Of a stretch of DNA of 64,000 nucleotides, positions 40,672 through 54,234 are shown one piece after another. Position numbers and translations under genes: made by a program. The notes below the pieces were generated by a model. The model did not search any database. It was not told the origin of the DNA and saw only the letters and a list, made by a program, of their open reading frames with translations. The first letter of the stretch is position 1, and the number at the start of each line of letters is the position of its first letter. The stretch comes from Octopus sinensis (Eukaryota): positions 33,046,001-33,110,000 of the forward strand of contig NC_043015.1 of the NCBI RefSeq assembly GCF_006345805.1, in the 5' to 3' direction.

Positions 40672-41515
40672 GGAATTGACAGATTAGTCAATCAAGAGAT
40701 CTGTGTGACTTTGAGTATACATCTATAGTATTTCTATAGACATATTCTCATAAACCCACATGACCAACAGATAGGTATGTAGGGAGAGATGGAGAGAGGG
40801 AGAGCAAAAGAGAGAGAGAGCAAGAGAGCGTGTGTTTCTGTGTGTGCATGAGTGTGCACGCATGCTAGTGAGAGAGTGTAGGGGTGCTAATTGAGAAATT
40901 AATCAATCAATCAAAGGATATATGGAGAGACTTATATGTTTTGGGATCATAAATATAAAGAAAAATGGAATTTACTGCTCTTCATGAGATTTAAGTTGAT
41001 TGAAAAATTAATTTTCAGTGCAGAGACTAAAAAGATTTATATATATATATACATGTAGTTAATTAATTAACTAAATAGTTAATTACATTATCAATTTCTT
41101 GTTTTCCTGGAAATGAGACACCCTTCTGTTTGTATATATGAAAATAATGCTGTGTAAGGAGTTGGTTAGTGTAAACAAAGTTGTTCCTACTTCGACTTTT
41201 GGCTTTCAAGAGATCTGTTTATGTATAAGAAAATAATGTTGCATGAGAAGTTGGTTAACGTAAACAAAGTTGTTCTTACCACAATTGTTGGCTTTCGAAA
41301 GATTGTAATAACAAAAAGACAAAACAAAAAGTGTATACATACATTTTTACCTCCACTTATTCACTAAGAGAATTGGATTTTTTTACTATGTAAGTAGAGA
41401 AGTTTAATCCTTTCATCTGATTATTTACTAGGGTTTTGCCATACATGGGTGATATATGAGTTCTTATGAAAACAAACGCAAAAACTTCATCTGAATCTAA
41501 ATTTTACTGAACTTA
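40672..41515 (-). pseudogene. Array unit U1 (no Myb exon, no exon A)
   Basis: Microexon at 41191-41214; exon B reads MYVYTFCFVFLLLQSFESQQL. Confidence 0.7.
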
Positions 41516-41532
41516 TATATATATATACATAT

Positions 41533-41577
<45 letters not shown>

Positions 41578-42569
41578 TATATATACTAGAAAATGCACCT
41601 GTATTTTGGACATTTTAAGTTGCTTTGGTAGTATTTTTTCCACCAAATAATTGAACAATCGAGGTTTATGAGTAGAATGGCAATCTATGTTTCCAATTAA
41701 CCTAGGAATGGAAAATCAAATTGGGGGCTGGTTATTGTGGAGGCTGTTGCACCTTAATGATCATAGATCATATAAGCTTGCAAGCGATGCAAAGAAGAGC
41801 TACCGAAGTGTTTTGGTAGTAGATCATGGATAATAACTACAAAATATAGTTGTTTTACATGAAAGCGAAATCTCTTGTCAGAAACAGCCACAAAAATGGT
41901 AGAAGGAAATTGAAGGAAAACATTGAAACTTCCATTCTGCAAGTTTTTTTTATTCAACACCAAAGAGAGCTATTTTTTCAGAGAGAAATATGATTTGTAT
42001 GTTCAAAAATAGCGGTATGATACCTACTTGAAAAAGTAGAGTTAAAGGATGTATTTGCTATGTGCTTACAGTGTGCGACCACTCTAATATTGATTTCAGG
42101 TAACGGAAAATGAAGACGAAGAATTTGACTTCAGTTCACGAATATTGCTTTGAATCTTTTGCAGTGAAAAGATGTTGAGTTGTAAGGCAGACAGATAATT
42201 GTGAAGTTGTAAGGATGGTAAAAGTGAGCAGGATACATGTAGAATGCACTCAATAGGTTTCGTGCTGCTCTGAAGTAGCTACAGCTTTAGCAGCAGCAGC
42301 AAGTGGAGGCGCAAGTGGGTAAAGAAGCATCCTTAAAATGAAACAAAGGTATCAAAGGTAAAAAAAAAAAAAGGTATCAACAATCAGAAGAGAGGAAAGG
42401 GAACATCACCTTTCCAGTAACTCAGAATAGGTAAAGATAAGCTTGCCAAAGTTTAATGCAGTTTAGATATGGGGATTAAGATTGTTTGGTATTGGATATT
42501 CATCATGTAGAGTGTTCTTAGTCAATTTAATCACAGTCACAGATGGACAGTAAAATAAATAAATAGACA

Positions 42570-43160
42570 AAATCCTTTCACTTTTCTAATATTCTCTAAC
42601 CAGAACACTCAAAAAATACACACCAAGACAAATATACAAAAATATATAAAAAAGTAAGAATACACAATTACAACATATAAATAAATAATAAATCAAAAAA
42701 TGTGAAAACAATAAAAAAATATTCTATAATGCAAATATACGACAATATAGATTAAAAAATAATGTAAAACAGTCAAATCAAATAAATAAATATATACTCT
42801 ATAAACAAAACACTCAAACAATACATACCAATACACATATAAAAAAGTATAGAAAGTAACAATACACAATTACAACATATAGATAAATAATAAATTAAAA
42901 AAATATGAAAACAACTAAAAAAATATTCTGTTATGCAAATATAAGACCATATAGATTAAAAAAAGTAAGGAAACCACTTGAAATAATTATAGAGAAAATC
43001 CTTTCACTTCTCTAACCAAAACTCAAACACACATAAAAAACATAGAAAGTAGTAATACACAATTACAATATATAAATAAATGATAAATCAAAAAATGTGA
43101 AAACCATTAAAATATATATTCTCTAAGGCCAAGAGACGACTATATATAGATTTTAAAAAA
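42570..43160. repeat. Three ~200-bp A-rich tandem units
   Basis: aatacacaattacaa occurs at 42659, 42861 and 43054. Confidence 0.85.
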
Positions 43161-43385
43161 GTATGGAAGACACTACATACAAAAAAAATATGTACATACA
43201 ATGAATTAGAGAAAAAAAACGATGTAAATCACCGTTTTTCCCAGTTTGTTCATTTAGGCGGGAGCTCTGGGCAGAATGTTATAGTGTATGACCGTCATTG
43301 GGATCTAATGTGAGTGTTTGGTGAGAATCAGTTGAGAATTGTGGAAATGCATGCACTAGTCAATATACACACACACTCACACACG

Positions 43386-43425
<40 letters not shown>

Positions 43426-43454
43426 CACGAATATATAAATACATATATATGTAC

Positions 43455-43487
<33 letters not shown>

Positions 43488-43490
43488 CAC

Positions 43491-43539
<49 letters not shown>

Positions 43540-43783
43540 CACATTATATATATATATACATACATATACATATATATAGATATATACACATTTATATACA
43601 TATATATATATAATATATATATATATATGTATATATATACATATATATTTTTATATACAAATATATATATACATATATATGTATATATATATACATATGC
43701 ATGTATATATGTATACAAATCTATATATATATAGATGGAGTTTATCGTGGCTACCGAATAATTGTCACATATTACATTTATAG

Positions 43784-43829
<46 letters not shown>

Positions 43830-44880
43830 AAGATATTTATATATATATATGAATTTTTTGTGTAATAAGATAAAAGCACCAAGGTTGTATAAATATTACA
43901 CTATTTATAGATAGATCTTACAGCTCTTTCTAGGATATTAATAATATCCCTTCATCGGAGACGGTGTGAGAGGAGAGCAAAAATTATTCAGCATTACTTG
44001 ACACCTTTGGGTTTCAATGACACCATTATCTCTTATGTGACAATTATTCGGTAACCAGGATAAAACTCTGAGTTTTAGATGCCGAGGTAGAAATCCACAC
44101 CACCATCTCTTCGGTTATCTGGCCATCGGAAAAACGCTATGAAAAAAGACCGTTATACAAAGGGATATTACTGTGTTATAGATCGCTATTTATACAAAAG
44201 CGCTAATTTGAATGACCCCCTAATTAAGATAAGGTAAAAAGTTCATAGTAAACGCGTAAGCACGTCTGTTCATACATACACATGTGCGCTCGAACACCCA
44301 CGTGCGTAAGCATACATCACTACAAAAACGTACACATCTTCACTCGCATCTTTCGCCAAATGTATATGCATATACATACAAACACACACACACGCGTGCG
44401 CCGTAAAAGTTCATACATACGTCTACATACGCACAAGCACAAGAAAAAACAGGGTTAAGGGTAACAATACAGAAAAAAGGCATAAGGAAGTATACAAAGA
44501 GTAAACCACGTTCATATATAGACATACCTTTATGCACGCACACACACATACTCGCCCATATATGCACATACATGCACACGTCTATATACACATACGCACA
44601 CACGCACGCACAAAAAGGATTATACATACGTCTAAAAAAAACAGGAAAAATTGTAAAAATACTGAGTAAAAACGTCTATATATATATGTACTCTTATGTC
44701 CGCACACGCGCATACATCTATATACATACATACCCGCACACACGTACACATCCACAGAACTTTTCGGATCATGCCCACATGTAACCAAATTTTTGTTACG
44801 TTTTTGGTCCCCCCAAAACTACAGATAGAACTTGCTTTCTATATTACGTCCACGCATAAGTTTTTTATCTCATTATACAG

Positions 44881-45775
44881 AGACTAAAGACATTTAGAGC
44901 CAAAAGTGATTTATGTATAAAGACACGTGTAGCTAATTAATTAATTAACTAAATATTCAATCGTGTATTCAATAACTGCATTCCTGGAGATCTAAACATA
45001 TAAGTCAGACACCTTTCTGCTTATATATGAGAAAATAATGCCACATGAGGAATTGGTTAGCGTAAACAAAGTCGTTCTTACCTCAATTGTTCAATTTCAA
45101 CAGATCTGTTTATGTATAAGAAAATAATGTCCCTTGAGAAGTTGATTATTGAAAACAAAGTCATTCTTACCTCAGTTGTCTGCTTTCAACAAATCGTAAT
45201 AATGCAAAGACAAAAAATCATATAAAGTGATCCCCTCCACCATATCGCAGTTCACCTATCGCGTTTATTATTTAAGCTTACAGGGATTCCTCCATGGTGT
45301 TGTTTTGTATTTATAATAAAATAAATATATAAAAATAATAGAAATAATTTTTTTTAATATACAGTACAGTACTGTTTCTACTTCACGGATTTCCACCAAT
45401 CGGAACATAACTCCTGTGACAGTCAAGGGATTACTGTATGTATGTTTTTGCCTGCTCTTAATGTGTAAGAGAACTGGACTTTTTACTGTCTAAGTAGGGA
45501 AGTTCCAATTGTTGGTGTTTATTATTCATCAGGGATTTTGCCACACGCGGATGATTTATGAGTTTTTACGTGAAGAAATACAAACTTTGCAATTTTCACT
45601 TTTCTACTGAAATTCTGTCTATGTAGGGTCTGAGTGTTTTCATAGTGTGTATTGTTACCTCAGGATACCATAAAGATTAGTTACCATGAAGTAGGGATGA
45701 TTTTCTGTGCAATTTTCTGAAAGGTGCTCAAGACAAAGTAAAGGCAAGTGCTGATGCAAGTCACCATCTTTGAAT
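44881..45775 (-). pseudogene. Array unit U2 (5' exons only; exon B interrupted by a MITE)
   Basis: Microexon at 45082-45105; the unit sequence resumes after 45439. Confidence 0.7.
45222..45439. mobile_element. Tc1/mariner (Tigger-like) MITE inserted in unit U2
   Basis: Ends taaagtgatcccc / gggattactgta at a TA; absent from the other units. Confidence 0.6.
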
Positions 45776-46700
45776 ATATATTCGTATGTATGTATGTATG
45801 TATGTATGTATGTATGTATGTATGTATGTATGTATGTATGTACACATCATCATCATTTAACGCCCGTTTTCTATGCTGGCATGGATTGTACGGTTCGACT
45901 GGGGTCTGGGAAGCCAGGAGGCTACACCAGGCTCCAATTTTTTCTTTTTTTGTTGCTTATATTCCACCAACGGACAACACGTGTGTTACTTCAGCATCAT
46001 TATTCTATAAAATGTGCTTAACGGGAGAAAAATATCGAAAAAGCATCAAAACATGTGAGGGTGAAAAGGAAGAGTGGTTTGGGCTGTGCTTGAAACAACA
46101 GCAAAACCGCCCTTGAATTCTTCACCATTTTTCTGAAAATATTTACGATTTGCTTTGTTTTTTAGTTTTTTTACTGAAAAGGCTTCTCCCATAGTTTTTA
46201 AGTTGAAAAGAGAAACGGCCAAAATCGGTCCCCATAGTTATTATTGTAAGGCCTATAGCATTCCAAACAGCTATAACAACAAAATAACTTCCAAATTTTT
46301 TTACAAAAATTATATGGGTATTTAAAAAAAGTCTTCATTCAATGAATAATGTTTTTACATTACGTATACATTAAGAGAATAAACTGTTCATTTTCTAAAT
46401 AGCGAATTAAAACTTAAACTAAAAATATTGAAAGAGAAAGTGAAACTTTGCAAATGAAAATGGAATACTCTGCAGTGAATGCAATGAATATTTAAATGTG
46501 TGAAGATTTGGACACAGTGAATGCAATGAATATATCTAAATATGCAAGAAATAGGAGTTAGAAAAATTCAGTAAAATTGAGAAATCAAAACTATAGGAAA
46601 TTTCTTAGAACATGAATTTATAAAACTATTTCCACACAATCAACCCTTTAATAATTGCTTTCTTTTAGTATACATACATGTGTATATATGTGTATATATG

Positions 46701-46742
<42 letters not shown>

Positions 46743-46773
46743 ATATATATATAATATATATGAATATATATAT

Positions 46774-46887
<114 letters not shown>

Positions 46888-47099
46888 TATATATACATAT
46901 ATATATGCACCAGGTTCCACTCCGATCTGGCAATGTTTCTACAGCTGTATGCCCTTCCTCATGTCAACCATTCTGGGTGTAGAAGGTGCTTTTTACATGC
47001 CACCGGCACAAGGGCCAATCAGATGGAACTGGCATCAACCACGTTTGAATGGTGCCACCAGCATGGGTACCAATCAGGTGGTGCTGTCATCAGCCACTT

Positions 47100-47520
47100 G
47101 CCTCAACAGGTCTTCATAAGTTCAGTTTATTGCCCAATGATTGAAGGGTGCTCTTAAATGGGCTGGTTATGCTGCTCTGGCATAGGCCATGGTTACGGTC
47201 TCACTTGGCTTACCAGATCTTCTTAAGTACAGCATATTTTCAAAGGTCTCGGTCACTTGTCATTACCTTAGTGATGCCTAACGTTTGAAGGTCATGCTTC
47301 ACCACCTCATCCAGGTCTTCCAGAGTCTACCTTTTCCACAGGTTCCCTCAACTGCTAGGGTGTGACACTTTTTCATACAGCTGTCCTCATCCATATGCAA
47401 CCCATGACCACAGTAGCGCAGTCATCTCTTTTGCACACCACATCTGATGCTTCATATGTCCAACTATTCTCTGAGGGCCCCTGCGCATCTGTCATGTATG
47501 CACCAGTCATCGAATTTGAT
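47100..47520 (-). mobile_element. RTE-clade LINE 3' end
   Basis: The minus strand gives degenerate IRCGVQKR...HMDEDSCMKKCHTLAVEGTCGKGR, similar to 2200-2450. Confidence 0.7.
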
Positions 47521-49130
47521 TTTGAGAAAGAAAGAAAGAGAGAGGGAGAGAGTGAGAGTGAGATACCAAGAGACAAAGAGAAACAGACAGGCAGAGAGCT
47601 AGAGAGAGAGAGAGTGTGTATACATGTGAGTGTATGTGTGTGCGTGTAAGCCTGCTAGAGAAAGTGTGAGGTGTGCTACGGGGAGAGAGACACGAGGAAG
47701 AGAGTGGAATCGAGAAATTAATCAATCAATCGCAGATTAAATCAAAGGGCATATCAGTGGAGAGACTTATACATTTTGGGATCGCAAATATGAAGAACAA
47801 CAAACTTTAATTCACTTCATTAAATTTCAGTTGACTGAAATATTAATTTAAAGCGCAAAGATTAAAAAAATTTTGACTGTAAAAACTTTTACATATAAAG
47901 ACACGTGTAGTTAATTAATTAACTAAACAATTAATTATGTAATCAGTTACTGGTTTCCTGGGAATCTAGATATATAAGTCAGACACATTTATGTTTATAT
48001 AGAAGCAAATAATGCTGTGTAAGGAGTTGGTTAGTGTAAACTACATTGTTCTTACCTCTCTTCTTGGCTTTCATCAGATCTGTGTATATATATATTTATA
48101 TAATAATAATAATAATGAAATTATTGTATACAGTGCTCAGGTACACCACAACTTGTCAAAAGTGCGTATAAAGAATATGCAGTAATGTACAAATGTCTGG
48201 GAAGTGAAGAGTGTATGAATCAGATACATGCCTACGTAGTAGGTGTAGTGTTGGCAAATCTCAGGAAGCATGGAAGTTTTGAAGGATGCAGTGCTCCGAC
48301 AACTAACGACTGATGCCGGCAGTTTGTTCCATGCTTCAGCAACTCTTAGCGTGAAAAAATGTTTCCAAATGTCATGGGAGCTGTGCTGCTTTCTGACTGT
48401 GTAAACATGTCCACGGGTGTTAGACAGGTGGAGTTTGAAAAGGTGCTCAGAGTTATTGTTAGCAAGATGGTTAATAATTTTATGGGTGTCTGTCAAGTCA
48501 GCTGCCAGACTTCGGAGTTTCAATGTATCCATGCCCAGAGAAGTAAGGCATTCAGAATATGGCAAATGCCTGATAGAGGGTATTCTCTTGGTTGCACATC
48601 GCTGAACAGCTTCCAGACGATTAATATCTTGGGCAAGATAGGAGTTCCAGACCGTTGATGCAAATTCCAGGTGAGGTCGCACCATAGCTATAAAAAGCCG
48701 CAGTTATATAACAAAATAATGCTGCGTGAGAAGTTGGTGAGTGTAAACAAAGTCACTCTTTCCTCAATTATTGGCTTTCAACAGATCGTAATGAGTAAAA
48801 GACAAAAAATTGTATAAATACATTTTTTCCTTCATTTATTCTCTAAGAAGATCAGATTTTTTACTGTGTTAAGAGGGAAGTTTTGATACCTGGTCTGATT
48901 ATTCACAGGGGTTTTGCCACACCTGGGTAATATATGAGTTTTTATGTAAATAAACACAAGATTCTTAATTTTCACTTTTCTACGAAAATTCAATGAAGTG
49001 TTTCAGCGTTTTCATAGGGTGTGTTATCACCTCAGGATAGAATAAAGATTGGCTACTATCTATTATTAGGGATTTTTTTGAAGATTTTCTTAAAGATTCC
49101 CAGGAAGAACTGAAAACACTTGCTATATAT
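47520..49130 (-). pseudogene. Array unit U3 (split by CR1; exon B donor and exon D acceptor mutated)
   Basis: Microexon at 48056-48079; the unit resumes at ~48700. Confidence 0.7.
48110..48690 (-). mobile_element. CR1-group LINE 3' fragment with (ATT)n tail
   Basis: ORF 48137-48685 reads VRPHLEFASTVWNSY...LEAVQRCATK...TRGH...FFTLRVAEAWNKLP. The same 3' tail occurs at 6440-6490 and 25800-25860. Confidence 0.9.
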
Positions 49131-49147
49131 AAATATATGCATCTATA

Positions 49148-49374
49148 CAGGTTTGGCCAAAAACCTCCTGACAGTAAATCAAGACCATTAAATTCCAAGG
49201 TTTATGTTTTACAACTGAATGAATTAAATAGAAGCATCTAAATATGAAACATCATGAAAGTTGTTCAAACTGAAGTCCTTCTTGAGTGACACATTTTTTC
49301 CATTCAAGTCAATACAGAATTACAGATAGTATTTATGGAATTTGGATTCACGGTTGGGTGACTTTTGGCCAACC

Positions 49375-49377
<3 letters not shown>
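49148..49377. mobile_element. Tc1/mariner MITE
   Basis: TA-caggtttggccaaaa ... ttttggccaaccctg-TA. Confidence 0.8.
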
Positions 49378-49419
<42 letters not shown>

Positions 49420-49424
49420 ATATA

Positions 49425-49750
49425 TATTGACATGCCGTCAGTTTATGATGATGTGAGTTCCAATTAATCTGATCAACAGAACAGCTTGCTCATGAAATTA
49501 ACATGCAAGTGGCTGAGCGCTCCACAGACATGCATACCCTTAACATAGTTCTTGGGGAGATTCAGCATGACACACAGAATCTGACAAGGTTGACCCTTTG
49601 AAAGACAGGTACAACTCATTTTTTGCCAGCTGAGTGGACTGGAGCAATAAAGTGGAATAAAGTGTCTTGCTCAAGGACACAGTGTGCCGTTGGGAATTGA
49701 ACTCACGACCTTATGATCATGAGCTGAATATCCTAATGACTAAGCCATAT
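49425..49750 (-). mobile_element. SINE family F
   Basis: Near-complete match to 19060-19393. Confidence 0.85.
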
Positions 49751-49827
49751 ATGTGTGTGTGTGTGAGTGTGTGTATATACATAGGTGTGTGTATATATAT
49801 ATATATATGTGTGTATATGTATAAATA

Positions 49828-49858
<31 letters not shown>

Positions 49859-49978
49859 ACAAATATATATGCATATATGTTTATATAGATACATGTATGC
49901 ATGTATATATAGATACATATACATATGTATATGTATCTGTATATATATTATATATATATTATATATATATATATATAT

Positions 49979-50020
<42 letters not shown>

Positions 50021-50021
<1 letters not shown>

Positions 50022-50567
50022 TTATTCAAAAGGAATGAACCAATTTCATTATGCAATATTTTAATAAGGAAAAGCAATAGAAAACTCCAGTTAAGTCGCA
50101 AGAATTTACTCATAATCAACTTTTATTTCCTGTCTTGCAAGTCTTCAAATGTGGCCACCACCTGCAACACAGGCAACATCAATGCGATAAGAGAATTTCT
50201 CCCAGATGCATATCAGCATATCAGAATCCACTGAGTACTTCTTTGGTTGGCTGATTGAATGCTTTATCGAAGTTTTTCCATTTCCCTTCTATGTCAATAT
50301 CTTCTGGAACCAGCTCAAAGCAAAGCAAATTTATTCTTTAGTTCCATAATGAACTTGCTTTTGATATGCTGATACATGTCTGGGAGGAATTTCTTATCGC
50401 ATTGATGTTGCCCATGCTGCAGGTGGTGGCCACATTTGAACACTTGTAAGACAGGAAATAAAAGTTGATTGCGAGTAAATACTTGTGACTTAGCTGGAGT
50501 TTTCTATCGCTTTTTCTTATTAAGATATTGCGTAATGAAATCGGTTCATTCCGTTTGAATAACCCTG
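50021..50567. mobile_element. Tc1/mariner-type MITE with ~200-bp TIRs
   Basis: 50021-50222 is the reverse complement of 50362-50567. The right end reads gaataaccctg-TA; the left end is eroded by (GA)n. Confidence 0.85.
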
Positions 50568-50620
50568 TATATATATATACACACACAAACCCACGCATAT
50601 ATATACATATATATGCATAT

Positions 50621-50658
<38 letters not shown>

Positions 50659-50689
50659 GAATATATATATATGTATTTGCTTTTTTGGT

Positions 50690-51071
50690 GTTGATATTTG
50701 TTAGTTTTAGGACCATCAATGCTGGTGTCTTCTTCCATGGCAGATCTCACAATTTTAGTTTTTGTTTCAGAAGTGTTCCCTTGTGGAGCTGTATTGCCAG
50801 TGGAATGTCTGTTACTCACATCAGGGTCTCCATCCTTGTCATCCTTTTTGAGTTCCTGTGCAAAGATGGTGTTAAGTGTGTTAACGTGAGGGTTGATGAG
50901 GGCACAGGACCTGATCCACTCTTGTTTTTACAGCTCTATCTGAGCTATGGTCCTTATGTAGCCATTGTCCTTTAGACCTGCCATCATAATATTATGTGGA
51001 TTGTCTCCGTCGGCTATTTTCCACCATCTGAAAAAGAGTTTCAGTTCAGCGCTCAGCCAATTTCGAGACAT
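50690..51071 (-). pseudogene. Myb/SANT-like (trihelix) coding exon, one in-frame TAA at 50928-30
   Basis: MSRNWLSAELKLFFRWWKIADGDNPHNIMMAGLKDNGYIRTIAQIEL*KQEWIRSCALINPHVNTLNTIFAQELKKDDKDGDPDVSNRHST...; ORFs 50928-51143 and 50520-50819 share one frame. Confidence 0.65.
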
Positions 51072-52200
51072 CTTTAGTCTGCTGTTTCCTTCAATGTATT
51101 TAGAGAAATACTGAGATAGGGAGAGAAAAAGACAGAGAGACATAAAGTGTATTGATCTATGTGTGCACAGTTTAGAGGGGTATTAGTTGGGATAGGGACG
51201 AGATATCTGTGTGACTATCTATAAGCTTTCTGTGGACACATTCCTATAAACACACATGATCAATAGATAAGTATGTAGGGAGAGAGAGAGCGAGAGAGAG
51301 AAAGTAAGAGAAAGAGAGAGAGAGCAAAAGAGAGAGAGAGTGTGTGTGTGTACACGTGCATGTGGGGGGGGGTACAAGGAGAGAGACACTGGGGAAAGAG
51401 AGGAACAGAGAAATTAATCAATCGCAGATTAAATTAAAATGTATAAGAGTGGAGGGACTTTGGTATCGTAAATATAAATAAAAAACAGAATTTACTTCTC
51501 TTAGTAAAATTTAAGTTGATTGAAAAATGGAATCTAAGCATGGAACAAAAAGATTTATATATAAAGGCACATATAGGTAATTAATTAACCAAATAATTAA
51601 TTACATGTTCAATCACTGAATTCCAGAAAATTTAGATATACAGGTCGGACACCTGTTGGTTTATAGGTCAGAAACTAATATTGCGTGAGGAGTTGGTTAC
51701 TGTAAACAAAGTCGTTCTTACCTCAATTGTTCGCTTTCAACAGATCTGTTTATGTATAAGAAAATATAATGCCGCGTGAGATGTTGATTAGTGTAAACAA
51801 AGTTGTTGTTACTACAATTGTCTGCTTTCGACAGATCGTAATAACCAAAAGATGAAAAAAATTGTAAACATACATTTTTCCCTCACTTTTTTTCTAAGAG
51901 AATCCGATTTTTCAGTGGATAAGTAAGGAAGTTTCAATTCTTGGTCTGATTATTTACAGAGGTTTTGCCACACACAGGTAATATATATCAGTTTTTATGT
52001 AAACAAACATGAACTTTGTAATTTTCATTTTTCTACTGAAATTCTGCCTATGTAGTGTATTAGTGTTTTCGTAGTGTGTATTATCACCCCAGGATACAAT
52101 AAAGATTAGTTAACATGAAGTAGTAACGATTTTCTGTACAATTTTCTAAAAAACTTTCAGAACCAAGTGAAAATATGTGCTACCAGAAAGTCACCATCTT
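50690..52200 (-). pseudogene. Array unit U4, most complete copy
   Basis: Exons A, B, microexon (51722-51745), D and the Myb exon are all present. Confidence 0.75.
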
Positions 52201-52706
52201 GGAATATATATATTTATATATATATATATCTGTGTGTATGTGTAAATATAAAAATGGAACAAAAACGCAATAGAGGGCATTAAAACATTGGAACAAGATA
52301 GACGACACAAAGGCGGATAAGAGAAACAACAATAAGAAGGACAGGCAAAAAAAGACAAGTTGTTCTTGGTTTTCTTTCATCAGTCAAGTACCAGAAGTCA
52401 CGACCATTTCAGACAGTTACACTTGAGATGATTTAATCTGATTGTCCCCAAAAAGTCAAAGCTAAGAGCATTAGACCCCTTTGTAAGAAAGCTAGTGAAT
52501 GTTTACGGCAACAAAGATGAAAAAAAGACAAACAAATAAAAAAAAAACGGAGAACATGGTGCACAATTACGAATACAACAAGAAATAACAACAAGCGTCT
52601 TTCGACTGAGAATGTTTCAAACTGAGCTGGCATGTATGATATAAAACCCTAAAGGCAGGAACATGGGAGATGGACACAAGATGTGTTGACGGTCGGCAGT
52701 CAGGCC

Positions 52707-53895
52707 CTGAGCTGTGGTCCTTCTGTAGCCATTGCTCTTTAGAGCTGCAAAGATGATATTATTTGGATTGTCTCCTTCAGTTATTTTATCCACCCTTTTA
52801 GTAACAGTTTCAGTTCAGCACTAACCCAGTTTCAGGACACCTTTTGCCTGCTGTTTCTTCTTGTATATATTTAGAGAAATATTGAGATAAGGAGAGATAG
52901 GGAAACAGGAAGAAAGAGAGGTGTAAGTTGTATTTGATCTATGCATGCACAGATGGGAAGGACATTAGCTGGGATAGAGAAGCGAGATCTGTGTGACTTT
53001 GAGTATGTATCTATAATCTTTATATAGACATATTCCCATATACACATGTTAAATAGACAGGTACACAAGGAGAGAGTAAAAGAGAGTGAGCAAGAGGGAG
53101 ACAGAGCAAGAGAGTAAGAGAGAGAGTGTGTGCTTTGATTGAGAGAGAGTGTGGGTGGTGCTACACGGAGAGAGAGATACAGAAGAGAGTGGAATTGAGA
53201 AATTAATGAACCACTTGCAGATTAAATAAAAGAGCATAAGAAGTGGAGAGACTTATACGTTTTGGGATCGTAAATAGAAAGCAAAATGGAATTTACTTCT
53301 CTTCGTAAAATTTCAGTTGAATGAAAAATTAATTTTAAGTGCTGAGACTAAAAGGATATACAGCCTAAAAAGATTTGTAGACACACATGTAGTTAATTAA
53401 TTAATTAATTAACTAAATAATTAAGTACGCATTCAATTACTGCTTTCCTGGGAATCTAGATATATAAGTCAGACACATTTCTGTTTATATAGAAGCAAAT
53501 AATGCTGTGTAAGGAGTTGTTCCATGTAAGCAAAGTCATTCTTACCTCACTTGTTCACTTTCAGCAGATCTGTTTATAAGAAAATAATGCCACATGAGAA
53601 GTTGGTTTGTGTAAACAAAGTCATTCTTACCTCAACTGTTGGCTTTCGACAGATCGTAATAACTAAAACACAAAAAAATTGTATGCATACGTTTTTACCT
53701 CCACTTATTGTATAAGAGAATCGGATATTTTACTGTGTAAGTAGGGAAGTTTCTATCTTTGGTTCGATTTTTCACAGGGGTTTTTCCACACATGGTTAAT
53801 ACATAAGTTTTTAAGTAAACAAACTTAAACTTTGTAATTTTCACACATTTCTACGAAAATTCTTCTGATGTAGTGTTTTAGTGTTTTCATAGTGT
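52707..53895 (-). pseudogene. Array unit U5 (Myb exon truncated; cut by a SINE upstream)
   Basis: NWVSAELKLLLKGW / EGDNPNNIIFAALKSNGYRRTTAQ at 52707-52840; microexon at 53546-53569. Confidence 0.7.
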
Positions 53896-54200
53896 GAAGG
53901 CGCATGGCTCAGTGGTTAGAGTGTCGAGCTTACGATCGTGAGGTTGTGAGTTCAATTCCTGGACTGAGCTGTGTGTTGTGTTCTTGAGCAAGACACTTTA
54001 TTTCACGTTGCTCCAGTTTACTCAGCTGTAGAAATGGTGCCAAGCTGTATTGGCCCCTTTGCCTTTCCCTTGACATGGAGAGGGGAGGCCGGTATGCATG
54101 GGTGACTGCTGGTCTTCTATAAATAACCTTGCCTGGACTTGTACCTCGGAGGGTAACTTTCTAGGTGCAATCTCATGGTCATTCATGACTGAAGGGGTGT
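53896..54200 (+). mobile_element. tRNA-derived SINE (family F-related subfamily)
   Basis: ggcgcatggctcagtggttagagtg...gagttcaattcctgg...ttcttgagcaagacacttta. Confidence 0.85.
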
Positions 54201-54234
54201 CCCCCACCCACCAGTGTGTAGATGGTCTGCCAGT

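Noticed and set aside
41750-42330. Possible exons (VTENEDEEFDFSSR; VSCCSEVATALAAAASGG)
   Set aside because: Short frames with conflicting strands next to a decayed CR1-like fragment (QAMQRRATE); not enough support.
51700-51810. Repeated forkhead-type GTAAACAA motifs in each unit
   Set aside because: They adjoin the predicted branch-point region of the duplicated introns, so inheritance of the intron duplication explains them without a regulatory role.
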